From positions 128,464 through 192,463 of the IMG/VR virus record IMGVR_UViG_3300033463_006479: a stretch of 64,000 nt of DNA; one strand, given 5' to 3'. Below, piece by piece: positions 46,082 through 56,432 of the stretch. Source of the DNA: a virus (lineage: Duplodnaviria > Caudoviricetes). The notes under the pieces are model-generated. The model made no database searches, was not told where the DNA came from, and was given only the letters and a program-made list of their open reading frames with translations. Positions within the stretch are counted from its first letter, which is position 1, and each line of letters opens with the position of its first letter. The position numbers were made by a program, and so were the translations under genes.

Positions 46082-46531
46082 ATGAAAATTCTGCATTCTG
46101 AAGATTATGTGAACGAGAAACTTGCTATAAAGCCAGTTACTAAAAATATGCTTTCCAATCTAAAGCCATTGCATACTTTCAGAAAAAATATGTTTTGCAC
46201 TGGGGATGTGTGCGTCGCAAGCGGCAATAGGAATTATGTGTTCATATCAAATGATGATATGTTGAAATACGACTACAATTCCATTTTTGATTTCAGTACG
46301 ATATTCAACATAGAATCCACAAACAGAGAAGGTTTCTTAATTCGGTATTTTGAAGAAAGCGAATGGGTGTTTTTGAAAATGATTTATTTGGATGATGAAT
46401 TGTCGGCTAACGATGTGAACATACATATTTTGGAAATATACAGAAACAAGGTGAGACAGCCATTGAAAGATGACTATTTCAAAAACCCGCCAAAGACAAG
46501 ACTTATATTTCAGAGAATCATAGAATTATAA
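46082..46531 (+). CDS. hypothetical protein, EKLAIKPVTK leader family
   Basis: MKILHSEDYVNEKLAIKPVTK. Confidence 0.75.
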   Translation: MKILHSEDYVNEKLAIKPVTKNMLSNLKPLHTFRKNMFCTGDVCVASGNRNYVFISNDDMLKYDYNSIFDFSTIFNIESTNREGFLIRYFEESEWVFLKMIYLDDELSANDVNIHILEIYRNKVRQPLKDDYFKNPPKTRLIFQRIIEL

Positions 46532-47188
46532 CAGAACAACCTTCACGTACAAGTCCTGCCGTTTCCCATCACAATAATACCCAAATTCTGGAACACGCAG
46601 ATACATACCGCTTTTCACATTGCACGGAAGTTGCACATATCTACCCTCCCCGTTCACATTGACATAGAAAATGTCTGTATGGTCTTTTGGATGGCAATAT
46701 GTGTAGCATAGCATATATTTTCCGTTATGCTTGTTGAATGAAAACCTTTCTGGTGTGTCAATGATAACGGTAACAAACAGATTTGTTCTCACACCAAGTT
46801 CGTTCTTTCTTCCACGTCCAGAAAACGAAACCGTTTCCATATATCCGATATGCGGTTTTATTTTTATGTTTATATAGTCGCCATCGTCAAATGTTATCTT
46901 GCGGCTGCATCCGTTAAAAGCCTCGTCAAGTGTTATATGCACATCAACGCTGGTGTCGTACTCTGTTTTTGTCAAATTCCCATCGGTTTTGACAGAATTG
47001 ATATATTTTCTAACTACAAATCCATTGATTATTCGCTTGTATGCGTCTATGATAATTTTGTAAATTTCCTCATCCCCCCCTTTGTCTGGATGCATAGTAT
47101 GCGACAATTCACGAAACCTTTGTTTTACCTTTTTCAATTTCGTGTTGTCTGGCAAATCCAATATTTTATATGGATTATATTCCATCAT
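46526..47188 (-). CDS. dnaJ: DnaJ-domain protein
   Basis: NPYKIL, HPDKGG, ITLDEAFNG, DLYVKV. Confidence 0.9.
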   Translation of the reverse strand: MMEYNPYKILDLPDNTKLKKVKQRFRELSHTMHPDKGGDEEIYKIIIDAYKRIINGFVVRKYINSVKTDGNLTKTEYDTSVDVHITLDEAFNGCSRKITFDDGDYINIKIKPHIGYMETVSFSGRGRKNELGVRTNLFVTVIIDTPERFSFNKHNGKYMLCYTYCHPKDHTDIFYVNVNGEGRYVQLPCNVKSGMYLRVPEFGYYCDGKRQDLYVKVVLL

Positions 47189-48042
47189 AGCACATATTCA
47201 TTTCTCGGTTTTTTATAACCTATTTCTTCAAGCATTTCAGCATACTTGCTGCAAATATCATTGTATCGTTTTGATTTGTCAGACACTTTTCGTTCCTTGT
47301 TGCAACTGTTTGAAACTATGCCGCATTTGCTATAGCCGACATAAACATAGCCAACAAGGGGTATGTGCGTTTCAACAAAACTATGGCTTATGACACACCA
47401 CATCGGGTCATCAATTCTCTCCGTGTCATCAACAAAACGAAACCTATGGTCACGCATAGCCTTTTTTGAAATTATCTTTGGGTGAAGATTTGATTTGAAT
47501 GGATGGATATTGTCGTATATGTCTTGCTTGTTTTTAAAACGAAACCACATATCACCAATACTCACATATTCAGTTTTGTCACAAGGAGTTCCGCCAGCAA
47601 ATGTTTTAAGGTTTGTCATAAAGCATCCGTCACGATAGACAATACTCGTGTATCTCGTGGAAATCATTTCTGTATTCGGGTATTGCATTGATGCTTTCCT
47701 TATATGCTCAAGTATGTTTTCACCAAGAAAATCATCGTGGTCAAGAAATATGACAAAATCATCGTCCTGCACGCAGTTTGAAAAACCGAGATGCTTCATA
47801 ATGCCTGGAAATTGGCGGTTTTCCGATGCACGAACAATCCGAATTTTATTCATACGGTCTTTCTTTTTGGAAAGAACAGCGTTTGTTTCAAACTCATTCT
47901 TGCACGCTTCTTCAAAATATCCGTCATCGCTTGCATCCACAACTATAAACTCAAAGTCATCAAACTTCTGCGAAAACACGCTTATCAATGTTGCATACAA
48001 AAGCGGCGGTTTTTTATGCGTGGGCATTACTATCGAAATCAT
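47185..48042 (-). CDS. glycosyltransferase family 2
   Basis: ISIVMPT, FEFIVVD, FLDHDD. Confidence 0.88.
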   Translation of the reverse strand: MISIVMPTHKKPPLLYATLISVFSQKFDDFEFIVVDASDDGYFEEACKNEFETNAVLSKKKDRMNKIRIVRASENRQFPGIMKHLGFSNCVQDDDFVIFLDHDDFLGENILEHIRKASMQYPNTEMISTRYTSIVYRDGCFMTNLKTFAGGTPCDKTEYVSIGDMWFRFKNKQDIYDNIHPFKSNLHPKIISKKAMRDHRFRFVDDTERIDDPMWCVISHSFVETHIPLVGYVYVGYSKCGIVSNSCNKERKVSDKSKRYNDICSKYAEMLEEIGYKKPRNEYVL

Positions 48043-49985
48043 CAGAACAAAGATTTTACTTGTTTTCTCGTAACCTTGCCTTCCTTGTATTCACGCTTGG
48101 CGTTTCCCGCTTCAAGCAAAGCCTTTTTACGAAGTGAGGAATCACCGCCAAACCATACATTCAATTTATCATCGCTTGAATCCGTCATATCATAATAGTA
48201 CAATCTCGGATTTCTTATGATTTCAGCATATTCGGAATCGGTCAATGCGGCAAGACCTTTCTTATATGAAACATCCCACTTTGACACATCGTTCTTTTTC
48301 TGCCAATCATCCCATTCATCGTCATAGTAGAAATCAACACGTTTTCCAGTTTTCTTATTCTTTGCTATAATTACTGGTGTTTCGCAACGGGCAACCCTAT
48401 GTTCCTTGAACAGTTCTGGCCACCATCTTTCAAAAAGGTTTACAAGCAGGCTCGCACAACTTATTCCGTCCACATCGGCATCGCTGTATATGTGTATCTC
48501 TCCATAACGAAGGTTGTCCTCAATCATCATTCCGTTCTTGTCATACACAAACGGGCTTTTGCCGAATTGCAATCCCAATGCGCCAAGAATGCTTTTTATC
48601 TCTTGGTTTTCAATGGCCTTTTTTTCGCTGACTTCACGGACGTTCAGCGACTTGCCTTTTAACGGAAAAGCACCTTGCGTTTCTGGGTCTCTGTATTTTC
48701 TGAAACCAGCCATAGGGGAATCCCCCTCGCAAAGCATAAGCGTGCATTTCCGTCTGTTCTTACCCTTGGCCTCAACAAGTTTGTTTATTTTGACCTTGGT
48801 CAGCATTTTGTTTGCGTTGCGTACAGCAGCACGGTCATCGGCTTCAGCTTTCTTTGAAACCCAGTCCATAATGGATTGTGTTATCTCCGATGCGAATACC
48901 GCTTTCAGCGTTTTCTCGGAAACAGAATGGCTTGTTCCGAAATTTCTGACATCGGTTATGAGTTTTTCCTTTGTCTGCGAGCTGTATGCTGGATTATCAA
49001 CAGAGCAGGAAACGAACACCCATAATTTATTTTTGATGTCATTTGGTTTTAATTCAGTCTTATATTTTTTCTTTATGCGTTCACGCAGATACGCAACAAC
49101 TTGGTCTGCTATGTAATTGACGTGCGTGCCGCCGTCCTTTGTTTCGGCGGAATTGACCATTGATATATGCGTGAATGTGTCAGACGGGGCAAAACCGACT
49201 TCCCAACTTTTTCCTTTTTCAAATATAACGCCATCGCAATACATATTGCAATATGCTTCAAACGATTTGAATGAGAATGTTTCCCCGTTGAACTTTATCT
49301 TTAAGTTAGGATTTGTCGCAGCAGCATCAATGACACGTTTCTGCATCATAAGCAAATGCGCCTCGTCAATTTTTGATATCCCAAATCTTGACAAATCTGG
49401 TTCAAATATGATTTCGGTGTATTTCTTTTTTGATGCCTTGACTTTGGGCTTTGACTGCTTTGACATATTCTTTTCAAAAACCTGCACAAACTCGTTTTTT
49501 CCATCAGCGGTTTTTACAGTAAATTTGTTTGAGAATATGTTGGTCAATGTAGCACCAAGTCCGTTAGTACCAACCCAATCACGCTTTTCGTTATCGTCAA
49601 AATTCGACCCTGCTCGGAGGTTCGAAAAAATTAATGAGGGAACATACATCTTGGCTGTCTTGTGCATAACAACTGGTATGCCGCCATTATCATAAACAGA
49701 GATTGTGTTTTTCTCACAATCAACCGAAACATTTATCGTATTGAGTTTCTTGTTCCGTTTTGACTCATCCACAGAATTGCTGAAAATTTCGTCAAACAAC
49801 TTCAGCAACGCTGGCACATATTGGATATTTTTTTCAACGAACTTGCCTTCGGATTTGTCGTACACCCATTCGGTCGTAAGTTCGGTGAGAACGGTAGAAC
49901 CCACGTATGTGCCTGGCCTCAAGAGGACGTGTTCGGTCTCCGTGAGTTTCTTATATGTTTCCTCTATAGTCTTTGATTTTGCCAT
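48042..49985 (-). CDS. DNA topoisomerase II large subunit (T4 gp39+60 fused)
   Basis: HVLLRPGTYVGS, EIFSNSVD, GTNGLGA, EGDS, PLKGK, DADVDG, YKKGL. Confidence 0.95.
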   Translation of the reverse strand: MAKSKTIEETYKKLTETEHVLLRPGTYVGSTVLTELTTEWVYDKSEGKFVEKNIQYVPALLKLFDEIFSNSVDESKRNKKLNTINVSVDCEKNTISVYDNGGIPVVMHKTAKMYVPSLIFSNLRAGSNFDDNEKRDWVGTNGLGATLTNIFSNKFTVKTADGKNEFVQVFEKNMSKQSKPKVKASKKKYTEIIFEPDLSRFGISKIDEAHLLMMQKRVIDAAATNPNLKIKFNGETFSFKSFEAYCNMYCDGVIFEKGKSWEVGFAPSDTFTHISMVNSAETKDGGTHVNYIADQVVAYLRERIKKKYKTELKPNDIKNKLWVFVSCSVDNPAYSSQTKEKLITDVRNFGTSHSVSEKTLKAVFASEITQSIMDWVSKKAEADDRAAVRNANKMLTKVKINKLVEAKGKNRRKCTLMLCEGDSPMAGFRKYRDPETQGAFPLKGKSLNVREVSEKKAIENQEIKSILGALGLQFGKSPFVYDKNGMMIEDNLRYGEIHIYSDADVDGISCASLLVNLFERWWPELFKEHRVARCETPVIIAKNKKTGKRVDFYYDDEWDDWQKKNDVSKWDVSYKKGLAALTDSEYAEIIRNPRLYYYDMTDSSDDKLNVWFGGDSSLRKKALLEAGNAKREYKEGKVTRKQVKSLF

Positions 49986-50460
49986 CTAATTTGTCCAATG
50001 CTTCTTTTAATGTTATACCTGCCTGCAAAGCAATACCATCGCAACGATACTGGCTTTCCCGAACATAAACCCAAGCCGCACGGCCAGAGTTTATTTCCGC
50101 AGCACTCAACGAGTTATTGCCATATTCGCAAGGCATAAGTATATCGTCCCTATTTATAAGTGTGAGCGTTATCGTGTATATGTTATAACAGACTCTTGTT
50201 CCATTCTCATCCAGATAACTATCGTAAGGCTCACCAGCCTCCGAATCATAAGGATAGTCCGACCAGTCATCACCCCACTGATTTCTCATATAGGCTACGG
50301 TAAACCAAAGTTTGAGATAATGCTCTCCAGTTTCCTCATCTTCAAAGCAATCTGCAAAACACAATTTGGTTGCGTGATTTGAATCGCTTGATTCGAGGTC
50401 GTTCAAAAAATCTTCAAAGAACGCAACATCTTTTATGGCTTCGGTCAAATCAACATACAT
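49951..50460 (-). CDS. hypothetical protein
   Basis: QWGDDWSDYPYD.EAGEPY motif. Confidence 0.7.
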   Translation of the reverse strand: MYVDLTEAIKDVAFFEDFLNDLESSDSNHATKLCFADCFEDEETGEHYLKLWFTVAYMRNQWGDDWSDYPYDSEAGEPYDSYLDENGTRVCYNIYTITLTLINRDDILMPCEYGNNSLSAAEINSGRAAWVYVRESQYRCDGIALQAGITLKEALDKLDGKIKDYRGNI

Positions 50461-50463
50461 ACG

Positions 50464-51069
50464 CTATTCTCCGATAAGTTTTTCAAGCATTTCCTTATGT
50501 TCCTCCGTCTGCGGAGTTCCAGAAAAGTTATAATAGTTGAACAATACTATTTTGTCTTTGTCTGAAATACGGGCATAGGAATCCGAATAATAAACGGTTG
50601 CGACAAAACTGTTCACATATCTTCTGAACAGCGTTTTCAGCTCGGTATCAAAATCATCATAATAAACATCCTTACCGAAAACGGTTATAGGAAACTGGTT
50701 GTGTATGAATTTCCTTATGGTCATCAAACGCTGCTTGCCGTCAATAACGAACACAACCACATTGTTATCCGCATCCTCATCCTCAACGACAATGAACTCG
50801 TCAATGGGCTTTCCGAGAAGAACATTGACAATGAAGTTCTTTTGCTGGTGGGATTCCCAAACATACGGCCTTTGTAATTTCACATTGTAGTCTGGAAGAA
50901 AAACGTCAAAGTCGTATGTGCGTTTGCGATGGTTCAGACTTTCAGATGAAAGCGAATCAAACAGCTTCGGGTCAAGGATTATGCTTTTGTTAAGAGCCAA
51001 TTTGGTCGGTATGCTTGTAATCCCGCTGCTGGTGCGAATGTCATTAAATGTGATTTTCTGTCCGTTCAT
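50464..51069 (-). CDS. DUF262 (ParB-like, GmrS-type) protein
   Basis: LQRPYVWE, VIDGKQRL; host-type promoter at ~51090-51120. Confidence 0.82.
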   Translation of the reverse strand: MNGQKITFNDIRTSSGITSIPTKLALNKSIILDPKLFDSLSSESLNHRKRTYDFDVFLPDYNVKLQRPYVWESHQQKNFIVNVLLGKPIDEFIVVEDEDADNNVVVFVIDGKQRLMTIRKFIHNQFPITVFGKDVYYDDFDTELKTLFRRYVNSFVATVYYSDSYARISDKDKIVLFNYYNFSGTPQTEEHKEMLEKLIGE

Positions 51070-51148
51070 ATCATTTTTGTTTTTGTGCTGCAAAAATACA
51101 ATATTATTTCAAATTCGCAACACAAAAGATGAAAAAGTTATCAACAGC

Positions 51149-53149
51149 CTACTTGGTGCTTACGTTGAATTTGAGTTTGTTGTTTTTCTTGTCCATAGTT
51201 ATGCTGACCTTGTTCTTGTCTTCACCGCAGTTGATGATTAGGTCGGTAATCTCATCCGATATGTCGTGTTGTATGGCTCGTATCAATGCCCTTGCGCCCA
51301 TCTTCTCATCTGCGGATTTTTTGACAATATAGGATTTCGCATCGCCGCTTATGGAAAGTGAAAACCCCAAGTCTTTCAAGGATTCACGGACTTCCTCAAT
51401 CTCATTGCTGAATATTTTTTCAAGTTCCTTTTCTCCGAGTTCGTTGAAATAGCAGATGCAATCAATACGATTTAAAAACTCTGGGGAAAATATCCTATTG
51501 ACTGTGCTTTCAATTATCTTCCTTCGGTTTTCTTCATTCTTCTTTTCCATATCGGTTTTGGCTGATGCAAATCCGATAACACCACTTGCGTTTTTGGCTT
51601 CCTTTACGCCAGCGTTGCTTGTGAGGATTATGATTGTATTGACGGCAGAAATCTTAACTCCATTTGCGTCAGTTATATAACCCTCATCAAGTAATTGAAG
51701 TATTGTGTTGAATATGGACGGGTGCGCCTTTTCAATCTCGTCAAACAGAATTACCGAATACGGATTGTTCTTGATTGCGTTGCAGAGAACACCGCCTTCA
51801 CCATAACCAACGTAGCCTGGGGGTGCTCCGATGAGTTTGTTCACGCTGATTTCATCGGAATACTCGCTCATATCAAGCCTAATCATAGAATCTTCAGAGC
51901 CGAAAAGATATTCGGAAAGTTTCTTTGCAAGGAATGTCTTTCCGACACCAGTAGAGCCGAGGAATATGAAGTTTCCGACAGTATGGTTTTTCTTGCGAAG
52001 GCCAAGGCGGTTTCTTTTAACAGTCTTGCACACCATAGAAACGGCATCGTCCTGCCCGATTACCTTTTTGGATATGTCGCCTTCCATATTCTTCATCCTT
52101 GTCATATCGCTTTCCGTAAGTTTGGCTACTGGAACACCAGCCATATCGCTGATTGCAAGATAAACATCATCATCGGTAACAATGTTCGGCGTGTCGGATG
52201 CATCGGAAACAGTAACCGCTTCGTCAATATAGCATTTCAAATTGGAAACATCATCATTGAGTTTTAGCATACGTGCCAGTTTGTCCGTAAGGGAAATCTG
52301 GCCGTCATTGGCAAGTTTGTCAATCTCGGATTGTTTTTCGCCAAGGGATTTCGTTTTCTTAATAACGGAATGGTCTGGCATATGCTTTCTGTTGGAATAC
52401 CTTGCATAGATATGTTCCATAACAAGTATGCACTTTTTAGGCATCTGAAATCCGTTTTTCACATATTTGTCAGACAGCATAACAATCTTGTCTGCGGTCT
52501 GCTCGTCCATAACTGTTCTGAACATAAGGTTGTATTCTGGAAGCCTTTTCCGAAGTATGGCCTTCGTGTTGTCCGCAGACTGCGGCTTCACGTTTATTCT
52601 TGTAAAATGGCGAAGAAGGTCATACTTGTTCTCTATGCCTTTCATATCGTTGTTGTTGCAGCAGCATATAACTCTAACACCATATTTTATGGCACGCTCA
52701 ATATGCTGCCATATCATAATGTTCACGATATTGTCGTTGATTAGGGCGGCGATGTTGTCAATATAAAGTATTCGTTTCTCTGGTGCATCCATTATATATC
52801 CGAACACGCTGTTCAAGCGTTCCTCATAATCGGTTACGGATTTGATGCCATCGCTCAATTTCAACTGAAAAAGTTCCATAATCTCACAACTGAAAAATTG
52901 TGAAGGGCAGTTGTAAGTATCAAACAAATGTTGTATGTGCTTGACGAGCGATGTTTTTCCGACACCGTTACCGCCAGTAACTATGACATTGTTGTTCGGT
53001 ATCGCAAGAGCATCGAACACACGGCGTGAATAATCTTCAAAAAACATTGATTCTGCGGCCTCAACTTTTTTAAGGCACGGGTTTTCCTTATTGCTGTCCC
53101 CGTAGATTTTCACGGGTTCGCTTTCTGGCATTTCGACTTTCATCTTCAA
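51149..53149 (-). CDS. ClpA/ClpC-like AAA+ ATPase lacking the N-domain
   Basis: GNGVGKT; VIGQDDAV, GSTGVGKT, DMSEY, GAPPGYVGY, DEIEKAH, IGF loop, GARAL. Confidence 0.93.
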   Translation of the reverse strand: MKMKVEMPESEPVKIYGDSNKENPCLKKVEAAESMFFEDYSRRVFDALAIPNNNVIVTGGNGVGKTSLVKHIQHLFDTYNCPSQFFSCEIMELFQLKLSDGIKSVTDYEERLNSVFGYIMDAPEKRILYIDNIAALINDNIVNIMIWQHIERAIKYGVRVICCCNNNDMKGIENKYDLLRHFTRINVKPQSADNTKAILRKRLPEYNLMFRTVMDEQTADKIVMLSDKYVKNGFQMPKKCILVMEHIYARYSNRKHMPDHSVIKKTKSLGEKQSEIDKLANDGQISLTDKLARMLKLNDDVSNLKCYIDEAVTVSDASDTPNIVTDDDVYLAISDMAGVPVAKLTESDMTRMKNMEGDISKKVIGQDDAVSMVCKTVKRNRLGLRKKNHTVGNFIFLGSTGVGKTFLAKKLSEYLFGSEDSMIRLDMSEYSDEISVNKLIGAPPGYVGYGEGGVLCNAIKNNPYSVILFDEIEKAHPSIFNTILQLLDEGYITDANGVKISAVNTIIILTSNAGVKEAKNASGVIGFASAKTDMEKKNEENRRKIIESTVNRIFSPEFLNRIDCICYFNELGEKELEKIFSNEIEEVRESLKDLGFSLSISGDAKSYIVKKSADEKMGARALIRAIQHDISDEITDLIINCGEDKNKVSITMDKKNNKLKFNVSTK

Positions 53150-53180
53150 TCGGTTTAGATAAACAGAAATTTATATCGTT

Positions 53181-53804
53181 TTATGATTGCTTTTTGTACA
53201 GTTCCAAAAATTCTTCAACGCTGATTACGTGAAGAATGTTGTCTCGGTCTGCAATCATTTCATCATAAGTCAATTTTGATTTATTGGGAAACACTAAATC
53301 TTGTGGATTTTCGTGGTATTCAATAATGCAGCATCCGCAGTCGGTATCAACCGTCTTGAAATCAATGCCCTGCTCGTGCAGCATAGTTATAGCCTTCCAA
53401 ACGTCACCATTCCAACCGCCGACAATCCTCGGAACAAGTTGAGCCTCATAGTTGAGCGGTATGCAATCGTGTACTACAATACGCCCGCCCTTGTTCAAAT
53501 GTTTCAATCCGTTGATAATATCCCTTCCAGCAAAATCCTCTTTGTGCATACCATCAACAAAAATTATGTCAAACTTCTGCTCGGTCTGTGCAAACAGTTC
53601 GTCAGATGTCATACGCCAAGTCAGACAAGGCGGAATCATATCCTCGTTTTGTATCAAGTCTTTGAACTCTGTGAACGGGTCAACGCAGTATTTGTTCTCA
53701 CATTCAACAAAAACAAAACAGCGGCCATCATCCAATCCTATTTCAAGGTAACTATTGTAGTTGTTTTGTTTAATCAAATAGTTTATTATGTCTGTGTGAT
53801 TCAC
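53181..53804 (-). CDS. class I SAM-dependent methyltransferase (Methyltransf_24-like)
   Basis: SYLEIG, FDIIFVDGMH, IVVHDC; GTG start abuts element end. Confidence 0.85.
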   Translation of the reverse strand: MNHTDIINYLIKQNNYNSYLEIGLDDGRCFVFVECENKYCVDPFTEFKDLIQNEDMIPPCLTWRMTSDELFAQTEQKFDIIFVDGMHKEDFAGRDIINGLKHLNKGGRIVVHDCIPLNYEAQLVPRIVGGWNGDVWKAITMLHEQGIDFKTVDTDCGCCIIEYHENPQDLVFPNKSKLTYDEMIADRDNILHVISVEEFLELYKKQS

Positions 53805-54095
53805 GGAATTATCCCTTTTAATTTTGTTAAACTTCAAGTTCAATAGTCGCTTCATTGCTGTCCGTTTGTTCACCAGTTTTCTTGGGTTTTGCAAACGGTT
53901 GGTTTACAGCTCCACGACCGTACTCGGCATTCCTTGCCGAGATATATCTTTGCCATTCATCTGGTTCATATTGCTCGTTGTTCTTCGCCGCATTGATGTC
54001 TCTGTCGTGATGAGCACCGCAGTTCGGGCAAGTCCAATATCTTACACCCAGATTTTTGACTTTCTTGTTTATGTAACCACATTCGGAACACATTT
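53804..54095 (-). pseudogene. tnpB: tnpB 3' remnant retaining the omegaRNA and right end
   Basis: Near-identical to 25895-26160; 26-bp end at 53804-53829. Confidence 0.9.
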
Positions 54096-54142
54096 GATTT
54101 AAATTTTCATACTACAATATAATAAAAAAATCGGAAAATCGG

Positions 54143-54298
54143 CTATTTGTTGCCATCATTTCCGTTTTTTGCGTCTTCCCACATCTTTCTCAACATCTCA
54201 AGTTTGCGTTCACGTTCTTCTTCACGCTCCTTGTTTGTCTTTTTCTTAACTGGATTTACCGTATGTCTTATCTTAAATCTTCCGCAGTTGCAGCCCAT
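54143..54298 (-). CDS. small protein MGCNCGR... (51 aa)
   Basis: ATG at 54298, TAG at 54143, follows structural gene. Confidence 0.6.
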   Translation of the reverse strand: MGCNCGRFKIRHTVNPVKKKTNKEREEERERKLEMLRKMWEDAKNGNDGNK

Positions 54299-54314
54299 TT
54301 GTTTCTAATGTTTT

Positions 54315-56432
54315 TCATCGCAGAACGTCATAATCAAATGAATTGTCCGTCATAGTCGGGTTTATGCAGACGAACTCAATAATCGGATTGTCGTGGGTTA
54401 TGTCTGATGCTGGAACAACAACGCCGCAGCCCCAAGCTCCGTTGCCGCTCTTGTCGGATGCATCGGTTTTCAATACGATGTCCCTGCCGTTCAAATCATA
54501 GGTGCTCATATTCTTGAACACAACTCTCAATATTTGGCCTTCACGCCAAGAGTTGAAAGTATCGTCCACGAACAAATTTATGTCATAAGCGGACGGCGTG
54601 TTTTCAACCACCCATATACGAGCCATATTGGTTGCTTCCTTCAAATTGATGTGAATATCATTGTTATTTCTGTCATTGTCATTCAAATTGATTGCGTTGG
54701 TGCTGCTGATTGCATTGCCATCAACCATAACGGCAGGAAGATTGTAACCATTGTTGGCTGTGCTTATCGTTATCTCGTATGGAACGCTGTCATCAATGGA
54801 AACGCCATACCCCTTATGAATTACATCGGTGTTATATTGCAGCCTTGTGGTGAGCCTGCCGTTCACAATGGAATTGATGTCATCGCTGTTTCTTGCAATC
54901 AAATCAACCAGCGTGCTTCTGTCGGCAAACGCAAGGTTTGCATTTTCCACACTTCGTTCAAGCTCCCCTACCCTTCTGACAATATCATTGTAGTTGGTCA
55001 TAAACAAAAGCACATTCTCCAAATCAGTAAGCCTTGAATTGAGGTTGTTCACACTGCCGTTCATCCTTGTAAACATATCGGCAGATTGCAGCATACGTGT
55101 CATAGCATCGCTGAACAGACTCATAGAGAATGTGTTGTATTCGTTCACCATTGTAGTAACGCCCTGCTTGTTAGGCTCAATGTCAATACGCAGGTTGAGT
55201 TTGAATCCGTAACTGTTTCCATTCTGAACACCGCTAAACGGCTTATATTTCGGATACCTCTGGAAATAATCACAAATGTTTGTAACCTTTATATCGTCAA
55301 GGAACAAAATGCCGTACAAGTTTGAAGTCCTTTTTCCAGAACTTTTATCCACAATGTCATAATAAACGAGAACTGTGTTGAACTCAAAACTTCCACTCAA
55401 AGCAGACTTGTTGTAATCATCAATAGTGACCATACCTCCTTCAACAATGTCCTTGTATGAGTTCGCTTCAAAGTCAATGCACATACCATCAATTCCACTG
55501 CGATACAAATAATTGTCATAAGGGCTTCCGTCATTGAATATTGTGGTTTCTGGCACACTTGCCCCATTCAAAGCGTTTTCTATATTATATGAATAATTGT
55601 TATGGTCATCATACAACGCTTCATAAGCAATACCAGTCGGGTCTGTGTAATGCTGTCCGAGTATGAAATTATAATCATTCTGGCCGCTAACATTTGAAGC
55701 ACTATTAGTTGAACCAGCCGTAAAATTGCCGTCAAATTCTTCTTTGAAAAGAACTGTTGGCGTATAACCAGCCTCACTTGGGACGTGGACATAGACTTCT
55801 GTATAAGCCTCTTCCGCAATATCAACATTGTTTGTTATGTCAATCTGACCTATATAACGAACAACTGGTTTATAACTTTCATCACTTCCATTGAATAATG
55901 TACAACCTTCCATATAACGATGCTCGTGATGGTTGATTAAGGATTGTGCTGTCTGATTGTCACCATTCACCCAATTCATAGCACCCATCTCTTTCAAAAA
56001 ATGCCAGAATACACGTTCTGCAACTGAACGGTCAGTATCATTATCATCAGAAAGGGTTATCAAAAGTTCCTCCATATTGAAAAGATAATCCTGCATAAGT
56101 TCAGCAAATCTGGCTTTTGAAGGAACTTGGGTGCTTTGACTATTACATCTGTCAAGCATATCCTTTATGCCAACTAACTGCAAATAATTTTGTTTATAAT
56201 TTCCACTGTTTCTATTATAAGAACTGCTATCACCTTGATAACCAGTTTCTGGTTCAACGTCTCTGTCTGGATTTATAATATCTGGCAAATCAAGACATAC
56301 AAAATGTGAGAACACAAATTCCTTATCGCTATTGGCAAGACACTTTGAAAGGTCTCTTGCTGCACTGGAAAATGTGTAAAAAGTTGTTCCATTTTCATTC
56401 AATGGTTTTATGACTGGAGTAAATGCTGCCAT
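54315..56432 (-). CDS. probable virion structural protein
   Basis: 705 aa, TATAAATA at 56461-56468, N/D/S-rich with coiled coil. Confidence 0.6.
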   Translation of the reverse strand: MAAFTPVIKPLNENGTTFYTFSSAARDLSKCLANSDKEFVFSHFVCLDLPDIINPDRDVEPETGYQGDSSSYNRNSGNYKQNYLQLVGIKDMLDRCNSQSTQVPSKARFAELMQDYLFNMEELLITLSDDNDTDRSVAERVFWHFLKEMGAMNWVNGDNQTAQSLINHHEHRYMEGCTLFNGSDESYKPVVRYIGQIDITNNVDIAEEAYTEVYVHVPSEAGYTPTVLFKEEFDGNFTAGSTNSASNVSGQNDYNFILGQHYTDPTGIAYEALYDDHNNYSYNIENALNGASVPETTIFNDGSPYDNYLYRSGIDGMCIDFEANSYKDIVEGGMVTIDDYNKSALSGSFEFNTVLVYYDIVDKSSGKRTSNLYGILFLDDIKVTNICDYFQRYPKYKPFSGVQNGNSYGFKLNLRIDIEPNKQGVTTMVNEYNTFSMSLFSDAMTRMLQSADMFTRMNGSVNNLNSRLTDLENVLLFMTNYNDIVRRVGELERSVENANLAFADRSTLVDLIARNSDDINSIVNGRLTTRLQYNTDVIHKGYGVSIDDSVPYEITISTANNGYNLPAVMVDGNAISSTNAINLNDNDRNNNDIHINLKEATNMARIWVVENTPSAYDINLFVDDTFNSWREGQILRVVFKNMSTYDLNGRDIVLKTDASDKSGNGAWGCGVVVPASDITHDNPIIEFVCINPTMTDNSFDYDVLR

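Noticed and set aside
53805-53894. N-terminal extension of the methyltransferase ORF (MQNPRKL...)
   Set aside because: It derives from the tnpB remnant. Methyltransferase-like sequence begins at the GTG at 53804.
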